NCBI GenBank assembly: GCA_965205995.1 | Contig: OZ242200.1 | Coordinates: 1,305,071-1,369,070 of the forward strand | Reading direction: 5' to 3' | Length of the DNA: 64,000 nt | Source: Alphaproteobacteria bacterium | GTDB lineage: Bacteria > Pseudomonadota > Alphaproteobacteria > MPNO01 | In this document: positions 7,880 through 17,060 of the stretch, piece by piece | Layout of the letters: each line of letters opens with the position of its first letter | Position numbering within the stretch: the first letter of the stretch is position 1 | Program-made: the position numbers and the translations under genes | Notes under the pieces: generated by a model | Databases searched by the model: none | Told to the model about the DNA's origin: nothing | What the model saw: only the letters and a program-made list of their open reading frames with translations

Positions 7880-9108
7880 GTCACCGCTTCCCTGGCCTCC
7901 GTCCTGAACGCCCGCCATGCGCCGCCCGACATGACGGTCTCGATGGCCGCCACGGCATCCCACACATCGACATGGCGCATGTAGAGCGGGGTGATGCCGA
8001 ATCTCAGGATATCCGGGTCGCGAAAATCAGGGATGAGGTTGCGGGCGATCAGCGCCCTGGCGATCGCATGGGCTTCGGCGTGGCGGAACGACAATTGGCT
8101 GCCGCGGCGCGACGGATCCCTCGGGCTCGCCAGTTCGAGGCCGTGACCGGCGAGTTTCTCGTCGGCGAGCTCGATGAACAGCCCGGAAAGCCGCCGTGAC
8201 TTGGCCGCGACCTCTTCCATCGCCACCCCGTCGAAGCACGCGACGCCGTCGATGACCGCGCGAAGCGACAGCACCGGCGGCGATCCGACGAGGCACTTGT
8301 CGATCGAATCCGACGAACGGTAGCGGCCCTCGAAGCGGAACTGGTCGGCATGGCTGAACCAGCCCGTGACCACCGGCTCGAAGCCGCCGATGGCGTCCCG
8401 CGAAACATAGGTGAAGGCGGGGGAGCCGGGGCCGCCGTTGAGGAACTTGTAGGTGCAGCCGACCGCGTAATCGACGTTACAGCGGTTGAGCTCCACCGGA
8501 ATTGCGCCGGCCGAATGGCAGAGATCCCATATCACGGGAACGTCGAGCGCGTCGCACTGCGCCGTGATGGCCCGCATGTCGCAAACCGCACCCGTGCGGT
8601 AGTCGACATGGCTCAGCACGACCAGGGCGGTCTCGCCGTCGACGGCATCGGCGATCCGCCCGGGCTCCGCCAGGACCAGCTCGTGGCCCCTGTCGAGAAG
8701 ATCGACGAGGCCTTCGAGGATGTAGACGTCGGTCGGGAAATTGCCGCTTTCGGTGACCACTTTCCGCCGGGTCCGGTCGCGGCGCAGCAGCGACGCCGCC
8801 AGCTTGAAGATATTGACGGATGTCGAATCCGAGACCGCCACCTCGCCTTCGGAAGCGCCGATCAGCGGGGCGATGGCATCGCCCGCCCGGCCGGCGAGAT
8901 GGAACCACCCGGCGCCGAGCCAGCTGCCGATCAGCCCCCGCCCCCATTCGGCTTCGACCAGGTCGCGGATGCCCGCAGCCGTCGTCCTCGGCAGCGCGCC
9001 GAGCGAATTGCCGTCGAAATAAAGCACGCCCTCGGGCAGCGAGAACCGCGACCGGCATTCCGCCAGCGGGCAGTCCTCGTCCAGAAACTGACAATCGGTG
9101 CGATCCAT
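7876..9108 (-). CDS. kynU: Kynureninase
   Basis: FDGNSLG, CTYKFLNGGPG, PLP aminotransferase class V-like. Likely start MDRTDCQFLDED inside track ORF 7876..9144. Confidence 0.85.
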   Translation of the reverse strand: MDRTDCQFLDEDCPLAECRSRFSLPEGVLYFDGNSLGALPRTTAAGIRDLVEAEWGRGLIGSWLGAGWFHLAGRAGDAIAPLIGASEGEVAVSDSTSVNIFKLAASLLRRDRTRRKVVTESGNFPTDVYILEGLVDLLDRGHELVLAEPGRIADAVDGETALVVLSHVDYRTGAVCDMRAITAQCDALDVPVIWDLCHSAGAIPVELNRCNVDYAVGCTYKFLNGGPGSPAFTYVSRDAIGGFEPVVTGWFSHADQFRFEGRYRSSDSIDKCLVGSPPVLSLRAVIDGVACFDGVAMEEVAAKSRRLSGLFIELADEKLAGHGLELASPRDPSRRGSQLSFRHAEAHAIARALIARNLIPDFRDPDILRFGITPLYMRHVDVWDAVAAIETVMSGGAWRAFRTEAREAVT

Positions 9109-9189
9109 GGGGATTCCGGGCCGGCAGACGGATCGGTCACGCAACCGTCAACCTAGAGCATAGCCGCGAGACCGGGCAAGCCGGTGCGC

Positions 9190-9275
9190 CCCTTCGATAC
9201 GCGGCTCCGCCGCTACTCAGGGTGAGGGATTTTTCCTCATCCCGAGCAGGCCCCGGAGGGGCCGTATCGAGGGAC
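9190..9275 (+). repeat. Palindromic intergenic repeat, copy 1 (CCTTCGATACG..CTACTCAGGGTGAGGG-loop-CCTCATCCCGAG..CGTATCGAGGG)
   Basis: Read directly; shared with 5 other loci in the window; between kynU and the S9 peptidase gene. Confidence 0.7.
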
Positions 9276-9305
9276 GCAGCCTCCGCGCCTTCCCGCCCCT
9301 GCCGG

Positions 9306-11222
9306 TCAACGGACATGCCGTTGCAGGAACCCCAACATCGATTCGTGCATCTCTATGAGCTTCGATGTCCCGAATGTCGCAACGGCGTGGCGGCCGTGCT
9401 TGTAGGCGATCAATTGCGACGTCTTCCCGGCCTTCATCAGGCGATTGTGCAGACGTTGCGAATGGGTGGCCGGCACCCGCTTGTCCTTGAGCCCGGCGAC
9501 CAGCAGAACCGGCGCCGTGATGCCGCCATGGGTGAGGAGCGGCGAGGTTGCGGCCAGAACCTCGCCGGGAAAGTCAGGGCTGCCGAACCAGTGTTGCCAT
9601 AGCGCGCGGTGGCCCGGATGCCGCCAGTCCCTCTTCCAGAAGGCGACGGCGTCGGCGATCGGGTTTACCGCGATTCCGGCCGCGAAGACCTCGGGGTCGC
9701 GGGCCAGCGCCGCGAGGACGAGGAAACCGCCGAAGCTGGGACCGTAGAGCGCGACCTTGCCCCGCTCGGCGTGCCCCCGGTCGTAGGCCCATTCGACCGC
9801 GTCGCGGATGTCGTCCAGCACCGCGTCCGGGAATTTGCCCCGGGCGGCTTCTCCATAGCCCCGGTTGTAGCCGGCGGAACCGCGATAGTTCAGCTTGAGG
9901 ACACTGAAGCCCCGGCTGGCGAAGAACTGTGTCGTCGCGTCATAGGACCAGAGATATCTGAGCCACGGCCCGCCATGGAGCATGAGGAGCATCGGCGGCC
10001 GTATCGCACCGACCCGGAGCGGCCGGGTGAGGTAACCGAAGATCCGCCGTCCGTCGCGCGCCTCGAAATCGACCGGCTCGGTCGACGAGAACGCGCCGCC
10101 GGGCACCGCCAGCGAACTCACCGACAGTCTTCTCGCCGAACCTGCCTCGAGGTCGAGGAGATACTCCGCCCGCACCACCCGTTCGTCGAAGACCGGCACC
10201 GTGAGATAACGCCCGGCCCGGTCGCCGCTGATCACGCCGAGTTGCGCGGGCCGGCCGACCTCCCGGTACAGCGCTTCGAAGGCCCTCCTCGCCCGATCGT
10301 CGAAATAGCGGATTTTCTGGTAACCGGGATCGCTGAACGCAACCAGGGGCCGGCCGTCGTCGGCTGCGAGATTTGCCCAGCGCACATCGAACCGCGCGTC
10401 TCGATGGAAGACCTTCTCGGCGCCGGTTCGAACGTCGAGTACGACCACGGCCTGCCGGTCCCGCCCCCGGTTCGACAATGCCCAGACCGTGCCGTCGGGA
10501 CGCACCGGGCCCAACAGCGACAGCCAGGTGCCGGCGTCGAAGACGAACACCTCCTCCCAGGAGCCCTCCGTGTCCGGGGCCTCGAACGCAAACCGGCCGG
10601 AGGGCGCGAGCCTGAGCCGCGCCGCCGCCCGGCCGTCTGCGGTCAGCAGCCACTCGAAGCGGTTGTCCAGGCTGGGCGCCCCGTCGGCCACGGATTCGCA
10701 CTTGGCGCGGCCGGAAATCTCGGGGCGCGGATCGCAGCGATAGAGCCGGTTTCGCTCTTTGAGCGCCCGCACCATGAGGAACGGGTGGTCGGGGGTCGGC
10801 CAGCGGACGGCCTGCCACCCGGCGAGCGGGGCGAGGTCGACCCATTTGGCCTCTTCGACCCGGTCCACCGCGACTCGAAGCACCCGGCCCATCCTGTCGT
10901 TCGCGTAGACGATGTTGTTGCTGGATCCCCAACTCGCCCGGAGGAAACGTCGCGGTGCCAGACCGTGTGGCCGCCCTGTGTCGGCATCGATCACATCGAT
11001 CGCCTGGCCCCCAGACCACTGGCGGGTAACGATCATGCGCGAGCCGTCGTGCGACAGGGTGTGATTCCAATTGCCGACCAGGGGACGGAACAGCCGGGCG
11101 GCGGGAATTTCGGCGAGCGCGGCCGCCACCGAAGCCAGGATCAGGCCGGACGCGGCAACTCCGGATACCAGCAGCGCGCGCGCGGATTTCGGCCCCGCGA
11201 GTGTCACATTCTTGGATTGCAT
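9306..11222 (-). CDS. S9-family serine peptidase (prolyl oligopeptidase / acylaminoacyl-peptidase-like) with N-terminal beta-propeller and signal peptide
   Basis: C-terminal alpha/beta hydrolase with GPSFGG nucleophile elbow; likely start MQSKNVTLAG inside track ORF 9306..11273. Confidence 0.8.
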   Translation of the reverse strand: MQSKNVTLAGPKSARALLVSGVAASGLILASVAAALAEIPAARLFRPLVGNWNHTLSHDGSRMIVTRQWSGGQAIDVIDADTGRPHGLAPRRFLRASWGSSNNIVYANDRMGRVLRVAVDRVEEAKWVDLAPLAGWQAVRWPTPDHPFLMVRALKERNRLYRCDPRPEISGRAKCESVADGAPSLDNRFEWLLTADGRAAARLRLAPSGRFAFEAPDTEGSWEEVFVFDAGTWLSLLGPVRPDGTVWALSNRGRDRQAVVVLDVRTGAEKVFHRDARFDVRWANLAADDGRPLVAFSDPGYQKIRYFDDRARRAFEALYREVGRPAQLGVISGDRAGRYLTVPVFDERVVRAEYLLDLEAGSARRLSVSSLAVPGGAFSSTEPVDFEARDGRRIFGYLTRPLRVGAIRPPMLLMLHGGPWLRYLWSYDATTQFFASRGFSVLKLNYRGSAGYNRGYGEAARGKFPDAVLDDIRDAVEWAYDRGHAERGKVALYGPSFGGFLVLAALARDPEVFAAGIAVNPIADAVAFWKRDWRHPGHRALWQHWFGSPDFPGEVLAATSPLLTHGGITAPVLLVAGLKDKRVPATHSQRLHNRLMKAGKTSQLIAYKHGRHAVATFGTSKLIEMHESMLGFLQRHVR

Positions 11223-11336
11223 GACTGAACTATTTTCACCCTTTGTCTGCGATCCGGTCCGTCCGAGTGTCAAGGTTCGGGTCCCGTCGGCACCGGATTG
11301 CTTGGCTCCGTTCGATATGACGAGGCGCCCGCCGCC

Positions 11337-13499
11337 TCATCCCCCCGCCGCCAGCGCCAAGCCGACGACGTTGCGGATCAGCGCCCGGCCGCGCCCCGCC
11401 TCCAAATTGAGGATCGATTCCGGGTGGAACTGCACCGCCCAGACCGGGAGCGTGCGGTGCTGCAGCGCCATCGCCACCCCGTCCTGGGTCCAGGCGGTGA
11501 CTTCGAGTTCGTCCGGGGCGGCGTCGCGCGCGACATAGATCGAGTGGTAGCGCCCGACCGAATAGCGCCCGGGCAGGCCGCGGAACAGTTTTACGTCGGC
11601 GGTCTCGATCTCCGACGGCTTGCCGTGCATGGGGTAGTCGAGGATTTCGAGCGCGGCCCCGAAATGCTCGGCGATTCCCTGCAGCCCGAGGCAGACGCCG
11701 AAGACCGGGATGCCGCGCTCCACACAGGCGCCGACCGTCTCGGCGACGCCGAAATCGCCGGGCTCCCCGGGGCCGGGGGAGAGCACCGCGAGGCCGGGAC
11801 GGCTTGTGTCCAGCAAATCGGGGTCGAAGCCGAAGCGGAGCGTCTCGACCCTGGCCCCGGTCTGGCGGAAATAATCGCCGAGCGTGTGGACGAAGGAATC
11901 CTCGTGGTCGACCAGCAGAACGTCGAGCCCCTCCCCGATATCCGTGTCGCCGTCGCCCGCGGCCTCGGGCGGCGCCGGCTCCTTGAGCACGTCGAGGAAG
12001 GCGGACGCCTTGACACCGATCTCGTCCTCCTCCTCGCCCGGATCGGAATCGTAGAGCAGCGTCGCCCCCGCCCGGACCGAGGCGATGCCGTCCCTGAACT
12101 GGATCGTCCTGAGCGTCAGCCCGGTATTCATGTTGCCGTTGGCGAAGGCGGCCCCGACCGCGCCGCCGTACCAGCGCCTGGGCGAGCGCTCGTGGTCCTC
12201 GATGAACTGCATCGCCCATTTCTTCGGCGCGCCGGTCACCGTGACCGCCCAGGTATGGGAGAGGAACGCGTCCAGCGCGTCGAATTCGCCGCGCAGCACC
12301 CCCTCGACATGGTCGACGGTGTGGATCAGCCGCGAATACATCTCGATCTGGCGGCGCCCGATCACCCTGACCGAGCCCGGCTCGCAGATCCGCGACTTGT
12401 CGTTGCGGTCGACATCGGTGCACATGGTGAGCTCGGATTCGTCCTTTTCCGAGTTCAGCAGGGCGCGGATCTGGCTTGCGTCGGCGATCGGGTCGGCCCC
12501 GCGCCTTATGGTGCCGGAGATCGGGCAGGTCTCGACCCGCCGCCCCTCGACCCGGACGAACATCTCTGGCGAGGCGCCGACCAGATATTCCTGCTCGCCG
12601 AGATTCATGAAGAAGCCGTAGGGCGCGGGGTTGACCCGCATCAGCCGCCGGAAGATGGAAGACGGCGGCTCGGCCGCCGGGCGCCAGCTATCCACCCCGG
12701 GCACGGTCTCGAACAGGTCGCCCGCCTTGAACCGCTGTTTCGCCACGCGCACCGTTTCGGCGTAATCGCCCGGGCCGTGGTCGCTGCCGCCGTCGCCCGG
12801 CGGTGCGAAGCAATAGGGCTCGTCCGGCCCGCCGCGCGCGATCCCCTCCGTCGACTCGCCATCGATTTCGAACTCGTAGGACCGCCAGGTCGCCTCGCCG
12901 CGCTGGTGGTCGACGACGAGGACCCGGTCGGGCAGATAGAGCACCAGGTCGCGCGTCTCGCCGTCCCGGTTCTGCCTGCGCTCGAGCGGCTCGAACTGGA
13001 AGGCGAGGTTGTAGCCGAAGGCGCCGTAGAGCCCGAGGAAGCGTTCGCGCCCCGGCGCGCGCAGGAAGTGCAGGATCTCGCGCACCAGCGAAAACACCGA
13101 GGGCTGCCGGCTCCGCTCCTCCTCGGGGAAGCGCCCGGCGGGCGCGCGGATCTTGACCGAGAACCCGTCCTCGCCGGCCTCGTGGCTTTCGACGAAATCC
13201 CAGCCCGCCACGCGCCGCGCGAGCGCGTTCGCGAGGATCCGCCCGCGCGCCGACAGCGCGGTGACGCGCGCCGAGCGCCCGGTCGCCGAGATTTCCAGCG
13301 GCGGGTCGACGAAGCCCATGTCCCAGCGCGTGTAGCGCCCGGGATATTCGAAATCCGACGACAGCAGCACCCCGCGCCGGCGGTCGAGCCGGTCGACCAG
13401 GATCATCCGGGCGTTCTCGTAGGCTTCCGCCGCGCTCTCGGTTCTGACCCGCACCCCGCCCGGGGTATTAAAGGAATCGGTTTCCGTAGCCCTCGACAT
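11337..13499 (-). CDS. trpE(G): Anthranilate synthase, fused component I-component II (TrpE-TrpG fusion)
   Basis: 720-aa protein: N-terminal chorismate-binding TrpE domain, C-terminal class-I glutamine amidotransferase (GVCLGLQ catalytic Cys, HPES). Start MSRATETDS with GGGAGG RBS, internal to track ORF 11337..13733. Confidence 0.9.
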   Translation of the reverse strand: MSRATETDSFNTPGGVRVRTESAAEAYENARMILVDRLDRRRGVLLSSDFEYPGRYTRWDMGFVDPPLEISATGRSARVTALSARGRILANALARRVAGWDFVESHEAGEDGFSVKIRAPAGRFPEEERSRQPSVFSLVREILHFLRAPGRERFLGLYGAFGYNLAFQFEPLERRQNRDGETRDLVLYLPDRVLVVDHQRGEATWRSYEFEIDGESTEGIARGGPDEPYCFAPPGDGGSDHGPGDYAETVRVAKQRFKAGDLFETVPGVDSWRPAAEPPSSIFRRLMRVNPAPYGFFMNLGEQEYLVGASPEMFVRVEGRRVETCPISGTIRRGADPIADASQIRALLNSEKDESELTMCTDVDRNDKSRICEPGSVRVIGRRQIEMYSRLIHTVDHVEGVLRGEFDALDAFLSHTWAVTVTGAPKKWAMQFIEDHERSPRRWYGGAVGAAFANGNMNTGLTLRTIQFRDGIASVRAGATLLYDSDPGEEEDEIGVKASAFLDVLKEPAPPEAAGDGDTDIGEGLDVLLVDHEDSFVHTLGDYFRQTGARVETLRFGFDPDLLDTSRPGLAVLSPGPGEPGDFGVAETVGACVERGIPVFGVCLGLQGIAEHFGAALEILDYPMHGKPSEIETADVKLFRGLPGRYSVGRYHSIYVARDAAPDELEVTAWTQDGVAMALQHRTLPVWAVQFHPESILNLEAGRGRALIRNVVGLALAAGG

Positions 13500-13541
13500 G
13501 ACGCCTCCCCTCGCCGGAGCTTCCGGAGGCCATGTCGCCTG

Positions 13542-13575
13542 AAGAAACGAAAATGGCTGCCCGGGTCCGGCAGCC
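13542..13575 (-). terminator. trp attenuator: GC hairpin GGCUGCC-GGACCCG-GGCAGCC followed by AUUUUCGUUUCUU, between trpL and trpE(G)
   Basis: Read directly from the minus strand, ~35 nt after the trpL stop and ~45 nt before the trpE(G) ATG. Confidence 0.65.
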
Positions 13576-13608
13576 ACACAAATCACGCAGGAATTGCCGG
13601 CCGCCTGT

Positions 13609-13653
13609 TCAGGCGCTCCGCCACCGGTTCGTCGAAATCGAAATGTTCCGCAT
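13609..13653 (-). CDS. trpL: trp leader peptide, 14 aa: MRNISISTNRWRSA
   Basis: ATG 13653, stop 13609 (tail of track ORF 13609..13794). Same length as, and NISI motif shared with, the rhizobial trpE(G) leader peptide ([14 protein letters not shown] as I recall). Contains a single Trp codon. Confidence 0.6.
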   Translation of the reverse strand: MRNISISTNRWRSA

Positions 13654-13765
13654 GACCTGCTTATTGAGACGCAAAGCGCGGGCCGGGTCAACCGGGAGCG
13701 CGGGCGTTTCGCCATCCGGGGGATTTGTGGCACAAACCCGGATCGGCCCTGGGGGAGAGAAACCC

Positions 13766-14074
13766 ATGTTTATCGCGATGAACCGGTTCCGCATCGTGCG
13801 CGGGCGCGAGGCGGAGTTCGAACGGGTGTGGTCGGAACGCGACTCCCATCTCGACGGGGTGCCGGGCTTCGTCGAGTTCCGCCTGCTCCGCGGATCGGAG
13901 GCCGACGACCATACGCTCTACGCCTCCCACGCGCTCTGGCGCGACCGCGAGTCCTTCGAGGCGTGGACCCGGTCGGAGGCGTTCCGCAAGGCCCATGCAG
14001 GGGCCGGCGCCCGGGGCAACCTCTATCTCGGCCACCCGGATTTCGAAGGATTCGAATCCGTGCTCGAGCGCTGA
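13766..14074 (+). CDS. Antibiotic-biosynthesis-monooxygenase (ABM) domain protein
   Basis: 102 aa from MFIAMNRFRIV; GGGGAGAGA RBS; ferredoxin-like ABM fold signature. Divergent from trpL. Confidence 0.7.
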   Translation: MFIAMNRFRIVRGREAEFERVWSERDSHLDGVPGFVEFRLLRGSEADDHTLYASHALWRDRESFEAWTRSEAFRKAHAGAGARGNLYLGHPDFEGFESVLER

Positions 14075-14080
14075 CGGCGT

Positions 14081-14974
14081 TTGCGGATCCCGAACCCCGG
14101 AGCCGCCCTCGCCGGCCTGCCGCCGTCCTGGCAGGGCGCGGCGTGGATGACGATGAGCGCGCTGCTCTTCGCCGTGCAGACCGCGATCGTGCGCTATCTG
14201 TCGAAGGAGATGCATTTTCTCGAGATCTCGCTGTTTCGCGCCCTGTTCGGCGTGGTGGTCATGCTGCCCTGGCTGCTGCGCGCGGGGCTGGGCGCGATGC
14301 GGACGCGCCATACCGGGCTCTACGCCGCGCGCGGGGCGCTGAGCACGGTGGCGATGTATGGATGGTTCGGCAGCCTCGCCTTGATCCCGATCGCCGACGC
14401 GACGGCGATCTCGTTCACCTTTCCCCTGTTCATCGCCCTGTTCGGCGTCGTGTTCCTGCGCGAATCGGCGCACCCGATGCGCTGGACCGCGCTTTTTCTC
14501 GGCTTCGCCGGAACCCTGGCGATCGTCCGTCCCGGCTTCCAGGAGACCAATCCCGGCATGCTCATGGTGATCGGCGCCGGGCTCTGCATCGCCAGCTCGG
14601 CGATGATGGTGAAGGTCGCGATCCGCAGCGACCATCCCGACACGGCCGTGCTCTACCAGTCGGTCTACATGCTGCCCTTCGCGCTCGTCGGCGCCGCCTT
14701 CGTGTGGCAATGGCCGACCCTGGAGCAGTGGCTCTGGGGGCTCGCGCTGGGCGCGGCCTCGGCCACCGCGCAACGCTTCTACACCCGCGCCTTCGCGGTC
14801 GGTGAGGCCGGCGCCGTCGTGCCGTTCGATTTCACGCGGCTGCCCTTCGCCGTGGCGATCGGCTTCGTCGCCTTCTCCGAACTGCCGGATGTCTGGACCG
14901 TCGTCGGCGCGGCGATCATCTTCGCCGCATCGGTCGTCGCCCAGCGCAGCGAGGCGCGGCGCAACCGCCGTTAG
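14081..14974 (+). CDS. DMT-superfamily (EamA-like) transporter
   Basis: 297 aa, ~10 TM segments, duplicated EamA-type halves; the start may be an internal Met. Confidence 0.8.
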   Translation: MRIPNPGAALAGLPPSWQGAAWMTMSALLFAVQTAIVRYLSKEMHFLEISLFRALFGVVVMLPWLLRAGLGAMRTRHTGLYAARGALSTVAMYGWFGSLALIPIADATAISFTFPLFIALFGVVFLRESAHPMRWTALFLGFAGTLAIVRPGFQETNPGMLMVIGAGLCIASSAMMVKVAIRSDHPDTAVLYQSVYMLPFALVGAAFVWQWPTLEQWLWGLALGAASATAQRFYTRAFAVGEAGAVVPFDFTRLPFAVAIGFVAFSELPDVWTVVGAAIIFAASVVAQRSEARRNRR

Positions 14975-15068
14975 CATCGCGGCGGCGCTCTCCCCCGAAA
15001 TTGCCCGCCGGTCCGGCGGCCGGGTCTGGTGCAGCCGGGGCGTGGGGCCCTCGGCACGGCGTCTGGCG

Positions 15069-15131
15069 CCTACTCGGGATAGGAAAAAATCTCTCACCCT
15101 GAGAGGCAGTTAAGCCGCGTTTCGAAGGGTC
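15069..15131 (-). repeat. Palindromic intergenic repeat, copy 5 (partial, reverse orientation): CCTACTCGGGATAGG-loop-CTCACCCTGAGAGG..CGTTTCGAAGGGTC
   Basis: Read directly; between the DMT transporter and the MEMO-AMMECR1 gene. Confidence 0.6.
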
Positions 15132-15199
15132 GGCGCGACCCGGTTGGCTTTGCCGGTGCGTGGTGATAATTGTCGCTTATGTTGTCATACCAAAAATCG

Positions 15200-16567
15200 A
15201 TGGCATTGCGGCGGCCCGGGGTTGCGGGCGTCTTCTACCCGGCCGGCGCCGAGGAATGCGCCGCGGCGGTGGCGCGCTGCCTTGCCGGCGGGCGCCCGTC
15301 GCCGCCGGGCGAGCCCAAGGCGATCGTCGCGCCCCATGCCGGGCTCGCCTATTCCGGACCCATCGCCGGCACCGCCTTCGCGCCGCTCGCCGGCCGCCGC
15401 GCCCGCATCCGGCGCGCGGTCGTCTTCGGGCCGGCGCACCGGGCGGACTTCCAGGGGATGGCGACGACCTCCGCCGACGCCTGGGCCTCGCCGCTCGGCA
15501 TCGTCCCGGTCGACCGCGAGGCGGTCGGGAAATTGCTGGCGCTCCCCCGCATCCGCACCGACGACCGCGTGTTCGCCGGCGAGCACAGCCTGGAGGTCCA
15601 GATCCCGTTCCTGCAGCACGTGCTGGACGATTTCGCGATCGTTCCCGTCCTGGTGGGCGATGCGAGGCCCGGCGAGGTGACGCGGGTCATGCGGATGCTC
15701 TGGGGCGGGCCGGAAACCCTGATCCTGATCTCCTCCGACCTTTCGCATTTCCACGAATACGAAGACGCGCGCCGCATCGACGGCGGGACGGCGACGCTGG
15801 TCGAGCTGCTGCAACCCGAGCGGATCGACGACGAACGCGCCTGCGGCCATCTGGCGCTCGGCGCCGCCCTGGGGCGCGCCCGGGCGCTCGACATGCGGGT
15901 CACCGCGCTCGATATCCGCAATTCGGGCGACACCGCGGGCGGAAGGGACCGGGTCGTCGGCTACGGCGCCTTCGCGATGGAATACGCCGAATCCGCCCGC
16001 CTCCCGGACGGCGACCGCGCCCGGCTGCTCGACGCGGCGCGCGCCTCGCTCGCCTTCGGGGCCGGGAACGGAAGGGCGATGCGGGCGGGGCTGGACTCAG
16101 GGCTGTCGCCGGCGCTGACGGCGATCCGGGCCTCCTTCGTCACCCTCCGGATCGGCGGCAGGCTCAAGGGCTGCGGCGGCTCGGTGACGGCCGCGCGGCC
16201 GCTGCTGCTCGATGTCGTCGCCGGCGCCTACAAGGCCGGGTTCGACGGTACCGCCGCGATCTCGGCGGAAGAGCTCGCCCGCGCCAATATCGAAATCTCG
16301 GTGCTCTCGACCCCGCGGCCGATCCGCTTCGCCGACGATACCGAGCTCGCGCGCAAGCTCCGCCCGGATGTCGACGGGCTGATTCTGCAGGACGGGGAGC
16401 GCCGCAGCCTGTTCCTGCCGAGCGTCTGGCAGGGGGTGCGGAGGCCGGAGGAATTCGTCAAGCAACTGAAGCGGAAAGCGGGGCTCCCACCCGACCATCG
16501 GTCGGACAGCCTGCGCGTGTTCGGTTTTACCGCCGAGACCTTCGGCGGCCGGTTCCGGGGCGGCTGA
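15200..16567 (+). CDS. Fusion protein: MEMO1-family (AmmeMemoRadiSam system protein B-like) N-terminal domain + AMMECR1 (protein A-like) C-terminal domain
   Basis: N-terminus AGVFYPA, HAGLAYSG, HSLEVQIPFLQ (MEMO1). C-terminus ASFVTLRIGGRLKGCGGS (AMMECR1 FVTL..G.LRGCIG motif). Start at internal MALRRPGVAGVFYP of track ORF 15170..16567. Confidence 0.75.
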   Translation: MALRRPGVAGVFYPAGAEECAAAVARCLAGGRPSPPGEPKAIVAPHAGLAYSGPIAGTAFAPLAGRRARIRRAVVFGPAHRADFQGMATTSADAWASPLGIVPVDREAVGKLLALPRIRTDDRVFAGEHSLEVQIPFLQHVLDDFAIVPVLVGDARPGEVTRVMRMLWGGPETLILISSDLSHFHEYEDARRIDGGTATLVELLQPERIDDERACGHLALGAALGRARALDMRVTALDIRNSGDTAGGRDRVVGYGAFAMEYAESARLPDGDRARLLDAARASLAFGAGNGRAMRAGLDSGLSPALTAIRASFVTLRIGGRLKGCGGSVTAARPLLLDVVAGAYKAGFDGTAAISAEELARANIEISVLSTPRPIRFADDTELARKLRPDVDGLILQDGERRSLFLPSVWQGVRRPEEFVKQLKRKAGLPPDHRSDSLRVFGFTAETFGGRFRGG

Positions 16568-16606
16568 GCCGCGCGGCGGAGCGTCCCTCGATACCGCCCT
16601 CCGGGC

Positions 16607-17044
16607 CTACCCGGCGCCGCCCGTGTTCTTGGTCAGAGTGACGACGTTGCGGCCGTCCTGCCGCCGGTACTCGAAGCGGTCCATCATCTGGTTGACGAGG
16701 TGGAGGCCGAGACCGCCCGCCTCCCGCTCGTCGAGCGGCGCTTCGGTGTCGGGCTCCGGCATCTGCGTCGGATCGAACGGCGCGCTGTCATCGACGATGA
16801 CGACGACGAGGGTGTCGTTTTCCCGGCGCAGGACGATCTCGATCCGGTGCGGGTCGTCGTCGTCGTAACCGTAGCTGACGGTGTTGGTCAGGAGCTCGTC
16901 GATCGCCAGGTTGATCGCATAGGCGATTTCCGGCGCGACCTCCCGGGCCGCGCAGAACGCGTCGATGCGGGCCGCGACGTCGGCGATCTCGCTCAGATCG
17001 TTGGCCAGCGAGAATTCGATGGTGTCGTCGTTCGCTTGGTTCAT
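16607..17044 (-). CDS. RsbW/SpoIIAB-like anti-sigma regulatory factor (HATPase_c_2 serine kinase)
   Basis: 145 aa; AINLAIDELLTNTVSYGY, G-rich ATP lid (EAGGLGLHLV). Starts 16 nt after the HlyD stop on the same strand. Confidence 0.65.
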   Translation of the reverse strand: MNQANDDTIEFSLANDLSEIADVAARIDAFCAAREVAPEIAYAINLAIDELLTNTVSYGYDDDDPHRIEIVLRRENDTLVVVIVDDSAPFDPTQMPEPDTEAPLDEREAGGLGLHLVNQMMDRFEYRRQDGRNVVTLTKNTGGAG

Positions 17045-17060
17045 CGTTCCATCCCGCCTC

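Noticed and set aside
9609-13655. Plus-strand ORFs 9609..11228 (539 aa) and 11298..13655 (785 aa)
   Set aside because: Antisense to the S9 peptidase and trpE(G) genes, which have clear domain signatures; the translations are Arg/Gly/Pro-rich with no motifs.
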